Part shown: positions 39,925 through 47,526 of the stretch, in pieces | Position numbering within the stretch: position 1 is the stretch's first letter | How the letters are laid out: every line of letters starts with the position of its first letter | NCBI GenBank assembly: GCA_965277315.1 | Contig: OZ255724.1 | Location: forward strand, 819,731 to 883,730 | Direction: 5' to 3' | Origin: Bryobacteraceae bacterium | GTDB lineage: Bacteria > Acidobacteriota > Terriglobia > Bryobacterales > Bryobacteraceae | DNA length: 64,000 nt | Notes under the pieces: generated by a model | Seen by the model: only the letters and a program-made list of their open reading frames with translations | Told to the model about the DNA's origin: nothing | The model's database searches: none | Translations under genes and position numbers: made by a program

Positions 39925-40512
39925 TTACCTGGGCTCCCAGTCGTTCAGGCGGACTTCTGGGATCGGCCGCCGCCGTGTGAAGTGGTCGGGCCGCGTATAC
40001 GTCCTCAGCACGATCTGCGATTCGGAAAGCTTTGGGCCATCCACTGGATAGTGGGTCAAAGCACTTGGATCGCGAAAGGGTAACTCGGTTCCGAATCTCG
40101 TTAATGAATTGCTGGTGAGAGATTTTCGAGAAGGGCGTGTAGTCCGCTTGGCATGACGAGACTTCGGGATTCCGGCGCCCATCGGTGTGTACTCCAGAAA
40201 TGCTGTTGCACATGATGGCCCGTTGCCGACGTTCAAGCAGCGAGGAAGGACGTCAGTTTCGGAATAATTCATCCTTGTCTGGCACCAACCGACACTGGTC
40301 ATTCGCTGATCGCCATTCAAAGCTTTCATGGCATGGGATGTGGAGAGCGCAAGCATCGTCAACGAGTAGTCGATATCGAGACCTTTGTCGGTGTTACCGG
40401 CACCGTTGGCTCCAACGAGTGCGAACGCACTGCCTTCGGGGACCGAGAAGCTTAACCCTTGAAGAGCTTCGTGGCGGCCGAATTTCTTCCATACGTTATT
40501 CACACGGATCAT
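39925..40512 (-). pseudogene. Decayed, 3'-truncated ABC ATPase paralog (only the N-terminus through Walker A 'GANGAG' is intact)
   Basis: 'MIRVNNVWKKFGRHEALQGLSFSVPEGSAFALVGANGAG' is followed by N-T instead of K-T/S, and ABC motifs are then lost in this frame. A shifted frame reads 'RLVPDKDELF' (compare 'VGFVTEDKELY' in the 38349 ATPase) and later 'LSSGWPKAFRIA' (signature-like). Only 588 nt are available before the convergent permease gene. Confidence 0.55.
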
Positions 40513-40910
40513 TTGCGATTCACCTCCCGCGGCTTTTCGAGTTTTGCCCATTGGGCTTCGATGGTATCGACCACTTCCGACAGCTCCAGTCCTACACGCT
40601 TGGCTTCCACGACGAGTTGTTCCACTTCCTGGCGCAAAAGCCGTTTGCGGTCTTCGACGCGAGCGGACGGTAATTCCGCGACCACAGTTCCGATTCCAGG
40701 CAGCGATTCCAAGAAGCGCTCCTGGATGAGGTACTGCACCACTTTGTGGGCGGTGTTGGGATGAATTTTCAGATCGGCGGCCAAGGCACGCACCGATGGA
40801 AATGTCTGGCCGGGTTGAAACTCGCCGCTGATAAACGCCTTTTTCGCCGCGAACACCATTTGGTCGAAGATCGATTCACCTGGGCGAAGGGTGATTCGGA
40901 ATGGTGTCAC
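40509..40910 (-). CDS. GntR-family transcriptional regulator (YtrA-like), paralog of 37958-38356
   Basis: 133 aa with 'SIFDQMVFAAKKAFISGEFQPGQTFPSVRALAADLKIHPNTAHKVVQYLIQERFLE'. Its stop overlaps the ATG of the decayed ATPase (ATGA). Confidence 0.85.
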   Translation of the reverse strand: MTPFRITLRPGESIFDQMVFAAKKAFISGEFQPGQTFPSVRALAADLKIHPNTAHKVVQYLIQERFLESLPGIGTVVAELPSARVEDRKRLLRQEVEQLVVEAKRVGLELSEVVDTIEAQWAKLEKPREVNRK

Positions 40911-41138
40911 ATCGGCAGTGTGGCACCGGCACTGGAAGTTGTCAAGGGATGATTTTTGCTGTTAAGTAACTTCGGGTACACTTCATGCCCTATGTTGTAG
41001 TATTTTCCTGCGAGGGGGCGCAGGTGGCAATCCAATTTAGAAGGTTTGTTGGCCTTTCTCTGTGGCCCTAGAATTGCTTTGTCTCAAACGCGTGCACGAT
41101 ATGAGTGTGCACCACATTCGTTCTCAGGAGGCTGGCCA

Positions 41139-41216
41139 ATGAAATACCTTTTCGCCTGGATATTAGGAGTTCCCGGCATTGTTATCGTAATTTGGTTTTT
41201 GTTCAATCATCACTAG
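41139..41216 (+). CDS. Candidate 25-aa single-TM micro-protein
   Basis: The ATG is preceded by AGGAGG at a spacing of 7 nt. It encodes 'MKYLFAWILGVPGIVIVIWFLFNHH'. It is below the ORF-track length cut-off. Confidence 0.4.
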   Translation: MKYLFAWILGVPGIVIVIWFLFNHH

Positions 41217-41314
41217 GAAAAGGAGCCTCATTAGAGGCTTCTCTGGTCTTTGGCGATGAGGTCGGTCTGACCATAGACTGAGAAGTACTTCTTCAAGGAA
41301 GACTACTTATTCGT

Positions 41315-43138
41315 ATGAAAATCAGCCCGGAGCGTTCCAGGGTCGGATCAGAGCTCTCGACGTTTGCTTCGCTGGCCATTATTGCGATCGTTATTTGTGC
41401 CTTGTTCTTTGGCAAGGCCGTTCTTGTGCCATTTGCCTTGGCCCTGCTCCTGAGCTTTCTGCTCACGCCGCCTGTTACCTATTTGGAGAAGCTGAGATTG
41501 AGCCGGGCACCGGCAGTTGCGTTAGTACTAATTCTCGCCTTAGTAACAGCCTCGGGAATTTTTGTGTTGGGAGTTACTCAATTGTCACAAGTGGCTGGCA
41601 ATTTACCCCATTATCAGGAAAATATTCAGCGGAAGATCAAGGCCCTACGTAATCCCGCAGGTCACAGCTTGCTACAAACCATACAAAGCATTGAGGAGTT
41701 GAGCGGCAAGCTGTCAAAGGAAACCGCCTCGTCGTCCGCCGAAAACGGCAAAGCACATCCGGCACAAGCAAGCGGCCCGTTACAAGTGGAGGTCGTAAAG
41801 CAACAGCCGGGCATTGCCGAAGCCATCGGAACTCTGGGGACTTCCGTGGCAGGGTTCATCGAGCAGACCGCGGCAGTGTCGATTTTTACGCTGTTTATCC
41901 TGCTGCAGCGGACCAATCTGCGCGACCGATTATTCCGGCTTTTTGGTAAGGGAAACTTGAACACAACGACCACTGCGATGGATGATGCGGCACAACGAAT
42001 TAGCCGTTATCTGCTTACGCAGACCATCGTTAACACTACGTTCGGCCTCTTATTAGGACTGGGGTTGTATATCATTGGCGTGCCGAATGCGCCGTTTTGG
42101 GGAGTCTTGGGAGCCATTCTTCGGTATATTCCGTACGTTGGAACTCTTATTGCTGGGCTTTGCCCGGTTGTTTTAGCGTTGGCCGTTTTCGAAGGTTGGT
42201 TGAAACCGATGCTTACGTTCGGCCTCTTCGCAACGATAGAGCTGACCATATCGACTGCTATTGAGCCGTGGCTCTATGGTGTGCATACAGGCATCTCGTC
42301 GCTAGCGGTTTTAGTTTCCGCTGCCTTTTGGACGCTATTGTGGGGCCCCATTGGCTTAGTGCTGTCCACTCCTTTGACGGTTTGCCTTTTAGTGTTAGGC
42401 CGCTATGCTCCGCCACTCAGATTTCTCAATGTTCTGCTGGGTGACCAGCCAGTGCTGCCTCCAGAAGCGTGCTATTACCAACGATTATTGGCGCTTGATG
42501 ACGAGGAGGCACAGGAGGTGGCTGAAAACTACTTGAAGGGGAATAGTGTTCTTGAACTCTACGATCGAATGCTTATCCCGGCTTTGTATCTCGCCGAGCA
42601 AGACCGGCACGAGCGTACGCTAGATGATGAGAGAGAAAGGTTTATTTTCCAGACAACAAGAGAAGTCATCAGTGAACTGTCGGAGCAGACCGCCTATCTG
42701 CCCGCAGAGGAAAAGTGGACCATTCTTTGTATACCCGCGAGAGATGAAGCAGATGAACTGGTTGGATTGATGCTGACCCATGTTCTGCGGCTATCAGGGC
42801 TCTCCGCATACACCATTCCCTTGGGGAACGTGGAAGCTACCCTCGATGCTGTTGAGAAACGCCGTCCTGATGTTCTTTTTGTTTCGGCGCTACCGCCCTC
42901 CACGATTAATCAGGCGCGGTTTCTGTGCCGGAAGGTGCGTAAGAGATTTCCGGATCTCAAGATCATGTTAGGATTCTGGGACGCTGGGGCCGATATCAGC
43001 AAGCTTCAGGCGCGTTTGGGTCCGAACTGTATTGACAAGATCATTATAAATCTAAAAGATGCGGAGCCACAGGTGAGGCTCAGTACAGGTGCAGCCGAGG
43101 TCCAGGAAGCGGAATTCGGCACAGTGCAAACTGTATAA
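41315..43138 (+). CDS. AI-2E/PerM-family (UPF0118) membrane transporter fused to a C-terminal flavodoxin-like, B12-binding-domain-like module
   Basis: 607 aa with about 8 TM segments, including 'PFWGVLGAILRYIPYVG'. The cytoplasmic tail is 'ILCIPARDEADELVGLMLTHVLRLSGLSAYTIPLG..RRPDVLFVSALPPSTINQARFLCRKVRKRFPDLKIMLGFW'. Confidence 0.7.
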   Translation: MKISPERSRVGSELSTFASLAIIAIVICALFFGKAVLVPFALALLLSFLLTPPVTYLEKLRLSRAPAVALVLILALVTASGIFVLGVTQLSQVAGNLPHYQENIQRKIKALRNPAGHSLLQTIQSIEELSGKLSKETASSSAENGKAHPAQASGPLQVEVVKQQPGIAEAIGTLGTSVAGFIEQTAAVSIFTLFILLQRTNLRDRLFRLFGKGNLNTTTTAMDDAAQRISRYLLTQTIVNTTFGLLLGLGLYIIGVPNAPFWGVLGAILRYIPYVGTLIAGLCPVVLALAVFEGWLKPMLTFGLFATIELTISTAIEPWLYGVHTGISSLAVLVSAAFWTLLWGPIGLVLSTPLTVCLLVLGRYAPPLRFLNVLLGDQPVLPPEACYYQRLLALDDEEAQEVAENYLKGNSVLELYDRMLIPALYLAEQDRHERTLDDERERFIFQTTREVISELSEQTAYLPAEEKWTILCIPARDEADELVGLMLTHVLRLSGLSAYTIPLGNVEATLDAVEKRRPDVLFVSALPPSTINQARFLCRKVRKRFPDLKIMLGFWDAGADISKLQARLGPNCIDKIIINLKDAEPQVRLSTGAAEVQEAEFGTVQTV

Positions 43139-43283
43139 AGAACAGTCTTAATTGCAGCGGTGACCTGCATGTTTTGCTAGGTCTAGAAGAAGTGTGTGGA
43201 AAAACGAAATCCAATACCATCATGCCGAATCAATGAAGAGAGTGATCCAGTTGCGATCCATTTTTGGAAGGAGAGATTAGAGC

Positions 43284-43559
43284 ATGGAATATTCAGAATT
43301 GGTAGCGAAAGAACCGTCGACAGGGCCAAAGCATGAACACAGAGAAGGACCGGTGGCGCGCAGCATTGAGCAGCAAACGGCCAAATTGCCTTCGGACACA
43401 TGGCTGTGGGCGGCATTCGGTTCCATTGGAGCTTCGTTAGTTTTTCAGTTGGCGGGAGATGAGAGAAAAGCAAATTTCATTGGCCATTGGGCCCCCACTT
43501 TCCTGTTGCTGGGACTGTACAACAAATTAGTGAAATTGCACGGTTCGGAAGGCGTTTAA
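43284..43559 (+). CDS. Small membrane protein, hypothetical
   Basis: 91 aa. A GGAGAG RBS lies 8 nt upstream. Two hydrophobic segments are present ('WLWAAFGSIGASLVFQL' and 'HWAPTFLLLGLY'). A terminator hairpin follows. Confidence 0.55.
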   Translation: MEYSELVAKEPSTGPKHEHREGPVARSIEQQTAKLPSDTWLWAAFGSIGASLVFQLAGDERKANFIGHWAPTFLLLGLYNKLVKLHGSEGV

Positions 43560-43598
43560 GCGGGACCAATACCCGTTTAGCCAATATATTTTTGGGAT

Positions 43599-43648
43599 GG
43601 CGCAGCGTTTGCCCGATACAGGGCAGAGCGATGCGCCATTTTGTTCTT
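43599..43648 (+). terminator. Intrinsic terminator candidate
   Basis: GGCGCA-gcgtt-TGCCC-gataca-GGGCA-gagcga-TGCGCC forms a two-tier hairpin, followed by ATTTTGTTCTT. Confidence 0.5.
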
Positions 43649-43845
43649 ACCCTGCCGAAGTTTGAAAAGTAACGGGCGTGCCCTCCCAGCCAGACGCCGG
43701 GCGTGGAATAGCGCAACACCGGAGTCGGCCACGCCTTGTACGATCGGCACGGAGCGGTGTACGCCTACCCTACGAATTCAGTTACATTCCGTAAGCGCGA
43801 CGGGAGACAATTGACTGAATACTACCGCGGCAAGGCGAATCAGTT

Positions 43846-45096
43846 TTGGGCAATTCGAAATTACTGTTTCTTTGTAAATGTTTTTCTTTCGGGCTAATTC
43901 TTTTGGTCTGTTCAAGCGGTGCTTTTGCACGAGCGAACCAATGGGGACCTGGCGACACAACGAAACCAGCGTACTCGGTGGTGTACACGGGACGGATGTT
44001 CGGTTATTTTCGATATCCCGACGTGCAGCGGAGTGATGAGACCGGATGTCCGGATGAAACGGCGACTCCGTTGCCAGCGGCGGTCCAACAATACCGGAGA
44101 ACGCTGGCGGATATGCGAACGGCGGCGGGCACGCCCGAAGTGCTGGTGTCAATGGGCGACAACTTCGCTCCGGAGTTGCTGGCGCGGGACATGCGCGACG
44201 AAGGACGGTCCACTCCCCATGTAGGCAAGTTGGTGCGGAAGGATTTGTTTACCGCAGATCCCAAGGGTAACGCTTGGTGGTTGGACGAGCCGCAACCAGG
44301 CGAGAAGATACGAGCCATGCCGGAAGAAAAGGGGACGGTTCCTTCAGACAATGTTGGTTGTTTTCTTCGGCTGATGGGATTCAACGCGATTGTGCCGGGA
44401 GAGCAAGATTTCTACTTTGGGCCGGAGCGGTTGCGGCAACTGGCGCGATTTCTAGCAGCCCCGGCTACTGGCCAGTATTCTCCGGTACAGATGCTGGCAG
44501 CCAATCTTTCGATTATCACGACTCTGCATACTCCGGCAGTGCCGCTGCCGTCGGGGGCGTTGCCGGACAAGATACAGCGGGCGCTGCGGTCGAGTGATGC
44601 CGTGAAGATTTATTTGCCTTCGAACGTGATGCCTTGGCTGCAGGGAATTCAGGTGGAGGGAAGTGTTCCCCATTTGCGTATCTACGATTGCCTGGCGAGC
44701 CGCGACGATCCGAGCCGGTTCAAGCTGCCGGACGAGGGCGGGAATAATTGCGTCTCACTGCAAGAAGATGGGGCGAGTCATTTCCGGTTTGCTAAACCTG
44801 CGCGGGCTTCGGCCAATTTCATTGGTCAGTACTATACGTTAGATCCGGGAGCGAATCATGCGGTTTGCGCTGTTTACGAAGCACGTGGCGGAACAGAAAC
44901 GCACTGCCAGTTGTTCAGTGTGCACTATCCGTTTTTCCAGTACCGGCCGCAGACATCGGGAACAACGCCTGCTCCTTATTTCCTGAGTGTGAAGCTGGAG
45001 TATGGATTTGACTGGCACAGGGGCGTAGGAATTGTGCGGGCGCTACGGTATCCGAGCGGGGTAAATACGTCGGGAGTAACGGCTCCGGTGCCCTAA
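43846..45096 (+). CDS. Secreted hypothetical protein with a degenerate calcineurin-like metallophosphoesterase / 5'-nucleotidase-like N-terminal half
   Basis: 416 aa with a TTG start and a signal-like 'LLFLCKCFSFGLILLVCSSGAFA'. 'VSMGDNFAPE' and 'NAIVPGEQDFYFG' resemble metallophosphatase motifs II and III, but the D-x-H motif and the GNHE histidine are not evident. Confidence 0.4.
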   Translation: MGNSKLLFLCKCFSFGLILLVCSSGAFARANQWGPGDTTKPAYSVVYTGRMFGYFRYPDVQRSDETGCPDETATPLPAAVQQYRRTLADMRTAAGTPEVLVSMGDNFAPELLARDMRDEGRSTPHVGKLVRKDLFTADPKGNAWWLDEPQPGEKIRAMPEEKGTVPSDNVGCFLRLMGFNAIVPGEQDFYFGPERLRQLARFLAAPATGQYSPVQMLAANLSIITTLHTPAVPLPSGALPDKIQRALRSSDAVKIYLPSNVMPWLQGIQVEGSVPHLRIYDCLASRDDPSRFKLPDEGGNNCVSLQEDGASHFRFAKPARASANFIGQYYTLDPGANHAVCAVYEARGGTETHCQLFSVHYPFFQYRPQTSGTTPAPYFLSVKLEYGFDWHRGVGIVRALRYPSGVNTSGVTAPVP

Positions 45097-45164
45097 GGGG
45101 AGCGATTTACTCCTTCAGCGAGCGGCTGGGTTCGAATGGAGCATGACGAATGAGTAGCATGCGG

Positions 45165-45191
45165 CAGGGAACAAGCTGCACTTGTTCCCTG
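45165..45191. terminator. Bidirectional terminator hairpin between convergent genes
   Basis: CAGGGAACAAG-ctgca-CTTGTTCCCTG gives an 11-bp perfect stem. It lies between the stop at 45096 (+) and the stop at 45208 (-). Confidence 0.55.
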
Positions 45192-45207
45192 TCTTGAGAA
45201 ATTGAGT

Positions 45208-45750
45208 TTAGACGGTCGCCGAGACGGCGATGGGTTCCACATTAAAGATGTCCGCAACGGCGGCAACTACCGAGGCAATGCGGATGGCGGCAGCGATGGT
45301 TTCTTCGTTTGCGCCTTTTTCGATTAAGACGCGTTCGTGAGAGGTGATGCACTTGCCGCAGCCGTTCACGGCGGAAACGGCGAGGGACCAGAGTTCGAAA
45401 TCTACCGGGTCAGCACCGTGCTGGCGCATGATGTTCATGCGAAGACGGGCGCGGATCGTATTGTATTTTTCCTTTTCCACTAAGTGCTGGAAGCGGTAAA
45501 AAACGTTGTTCATGCCCATGATGGCTGCGGCAGCTTTTGCGGCCTCCAAGGCTTCGGGCGAAAGGTTTTTCTCCGCTTCGGACAGGATAGCGGAGTAAAC
45601 GTCCTTATTGCCGGCCGCGAGCGCGGTGGCCACTGCGGTACCCCAGGTCTGCTGCGGCGTGAGTTCGGTTTGCCGCAGCATGGAGGATAGATTGAGCTTC
45701 AGGTCCTTGGCGTAGGCCGGGATGGCTTGGCTCAGTTGCTCGATGGTCAT
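45208..45750 (-). CDS. ahpD: Alkylhydroperoxidase AhpD (carboxymuconolactone-decarboxylase family)
   Basis: 'MTIEQLSQAIPAYAKDLKLNLSS...' with the CxxC block 'NGCGKCITSHE'. The start is at ATG 45750 rather than the ORF-track 45876, which runs into ahpC. Confidence 0.88.
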   Translation of the reverse strand: MTIEQLSQAIPAYAKDLKLNLSSMLRQTELTPQQTWGTAVATALAAGNKDVYSAILSEAEKNLSPEALEAAKAAAAIMGMNNVFYRFQHLVEKEKYNTIRARLRMNIMRQHGADPVDFELWSLAVSAVNGCGKCITSHERVLIEKGANEETIAAAIRIASVVAAVADIFNVEPIAVSATV

Positions 45751-45760
45751 GCTTTTGGCC

Positions 45761-46311
45761 CTAGCCCACGAGCGCGGCGGTGAGAGTTTCTTCGCCCTTT
45801 TCCCAGTTGCAAGGGCAAAGCTCATCGGTCTGCAGCGCATTGAGGACCCGCAGAACCTCGTGAGGATTGCGGCCAACCGAGAGATCGTTCACGGAAACAA
45901 AACGAATGATGTTGTCGGGATCAACCACGCAAGTGGCACGCTGGGCAACGCCTTCGCTGGGGTCGAGAATGCCGAGGGCGGTCGTCAATTCGCGCTTGAT
46001 GTCAGCGAGTATGGGAAACGATAGGTCACGCAAATCCTCGTGATTTTCGCGCCAAGCGAGATGGACGAATTCGGAATCGGTACTGCCGCCGAGGATTTGT
46101 GCACCACAATCGGCGAACTCGCTGTTCAATTTACCGAAAGCTGCGGATTTCAGTGGGACAAACGAACGTGAAGTCCTTCGGCCAAAAGAAGAATATTTTC
46201 CATTTACCGGCGTAATCTTGATCGGTGATTTGGCTGAACGCGGGACCTTTTGTCTCTGCTGACCGCGGCAGTCAACGAAAATTGAGGAAACTTACGGCCC
46301 ACTCCAAGCAT
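45761..46311 (-). pseudogene. ahpC: Peroxiredoxin AhpC (2-Cys) interrupted by two +1 frameshifts
   Basis: The gene reads in three frames. First '[21 protein letters not shown]' from ATG 46311. Then '[34 protein letters not shown]', which holds the peroxidatic Cys. Then '[31 protein letters not shown]...ELCPCNWEKG'. Extra bases sit in the T-run 46248-46251 and the GG at 46145-46146. The total length of 551 nt equals 183 codons plus 2. Confidence 0.8.
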
Positions 46312-46401
46312 GAGGCTTAAAACAAACTCCTTATTAGATTTTCGGAAATACGATGTAATTGTGAGATGATGCGGGGGCCGGATTTAACTCGGCTTAGACG
46401 G

Positions 46402-46475
46402 TGGTTCCCCGACATGGATTCGAACCACGATTCTCGGCGCCAAAGGCCGGTGTCCTACCGTTAGACGATCGGGGA
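46402..46475 (-). tRNA. tRNA-Gln (anticodon UUG), with encoded CCA
   Basis: I folded it by hand from TCCCCGA-TC-GTCT-AACGGTA-GGAC-A-CCGGC-CTTTGGC-GCCGA-GAAT-CGTGG-TTCGAAT-CCATG-TCGGGGA-ACCA. It has a 7-bp acceptor stem with a U1:A72 pair, a TTCGAAT T-loop and anticodon TTG in a 7-nt loop. The only irregularity is a C27:A43 mismatch. Confidence 0.88.
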
Positions 46476-46529
46476 ATAAGGGACGTCAGAAAACGTCGAA
46501 TTCAGTTTAGCAAAGGAGGAGTTTGTAAC

Positions 46530-46991
46530 TCACCAGTCGGCATAGGCTGTTCCTTCGAGGGACGTTTTGTCGGAGCCACTATGCACGTCGAAGATGCCGG
46601 GGGGGCTATTGGAGCCTCCGATGGGCGTGTCTTCCATGGTGATTTTCCAGGTCTCGTTGGAGTTGGTAATCGGATCCTGGGGGATCTGGCGAAGGTAACC
46701 TTCCGAAACGAGGTCGTCAAGGGTCTCAGGAGCCTTCTGCTTGTCGATGGTGTACTCGTCGATCATGTTGCGGAGGGTAAACAGGTTGTTGCGCAGGACA
46801 CTTTCTTTGGCGCGCATGATCGACTTCTGGTAGACCGGAACGGCGATGGCGAGGAGTACAGAGATGATGGCCATGACAATCATCAACTCGATTAGCGTGA
46901 AGCCACGGAGGAGCGGATTGCCGCGCCGAGACCGCGCCTGCAAATGCTGCAGGCGTGAGGAGAAATTTCGTGCTGGAGTGCTGCTTACCAT
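46530..46991 (-). CDS. Type II secretion / type IV pilus pseudopilin (GspG-like, prepilin N-terminal methylation motif)
   Basis: '...RG|FTLIELMIVMAIISVLLAIAVPVYQKSIMRAKE'. ATG 46991 overlaps the upstream stop (ATGGTAA). The ORF-track start 47282 lies inside the previous gene. Confidence 0.8.
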   Translation of the reverse strand: MVSSTPARNFSSRLQHLQARSRRGNPLLRGFTLIELMIVMAIISVLLAIAVPVYQKSIMRAKESVLRNNLFTLRNMIDEYTIDKQKAPETLDDLVSEGYLRQIPQDPITNSNETWKITMEDTPIGGSNSPPGIFDVHSGSDKTSLEGTAYADW

Positions 46992-47506
46992 TCTGAGTAC
47001 GGGGTCCCGTCGCTGGCCTTGTCCATGGTCTTCGAATACACATCGAATAGATTTTGCCCGCCGAACGAGGTGGAGTCGGGATCGTCCTGCATGCTGCGCT
47101 TGCCCCAATCGGTATCGCCGGTCATGGGGTCCTTGGGGATCTTGCGGAGGAAACGCATTTTTCCGGTGTCGCTGCCAGAGCTGATCTGGTTTTGCATTTT
47201 GACGCCTTCCACTAATACTTCGAGACTGGGCGGATAGCAATAAGCGTCGGGCGAGGCGGATTTGATTTTTCCGAGATCGCACATGTCCTTGTACTTGTCG
47301 ATGGCGGCGCGCATGTCGTGGAGATCCTGGCGGAGCTCTTTTTCGCGCTGGCGGCGGATTTGATAGCGAGTCATCGGTACGGCCATGGAAGTCAAGATCA
47401 GCAATATAGTGAAGGCGACGATGAGCTCCACGAGCGTCAATCCGGACTGAGTTTTACGCCGCCGCCGAAGAGAATCGATGCTATTGTTGCTGCCCATCAG
47501 TTGCAT
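46985..47506 (-). CDS. Pseudopilin-like protein with a variant prepilin motif
   Basis: 173 aa with 'RRRRKTQSG|LTLVELIVAFTILLILTSMAVP'. Leu replaces Phe at +1, and Glu is present at +5. Confidence 0.75.
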   Translation of the reverse strand: MQLMGSNNSIDSLRRRRKTQSGLTLVELIVAFTILLILTSMAVPMTRYQIRRQREKELRQDLHDMRAAIDKYKDMCDLGKIKSASPDAYCYPPSLEVLVEGVKMQNQISSGSDTGKMRFLRKIPKDPMTGDTDWGKRSMQDDPDSTSFGGQNLFDVYSKTMDKASDGTPYSEW

Positions 47507-47526
47507 TGTTTATTAAATAGACGCGC

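Noticed and set aside
39467-40213. 248-aa minus-strand ORF.
   Set aside because: Most of it is antisense to the ABC-2 permease. Only its first ~95 codons lie in the decayed-ATPase region, where it merely represents one of the shifted frames of that pseudogene.
46401-46895. 164-aa plus-strand ORF.
   Set aside because: It starts inside the tRNA-Gln gene and runs antisense to the GspG-like pseudopilin, with no supporting motifs.
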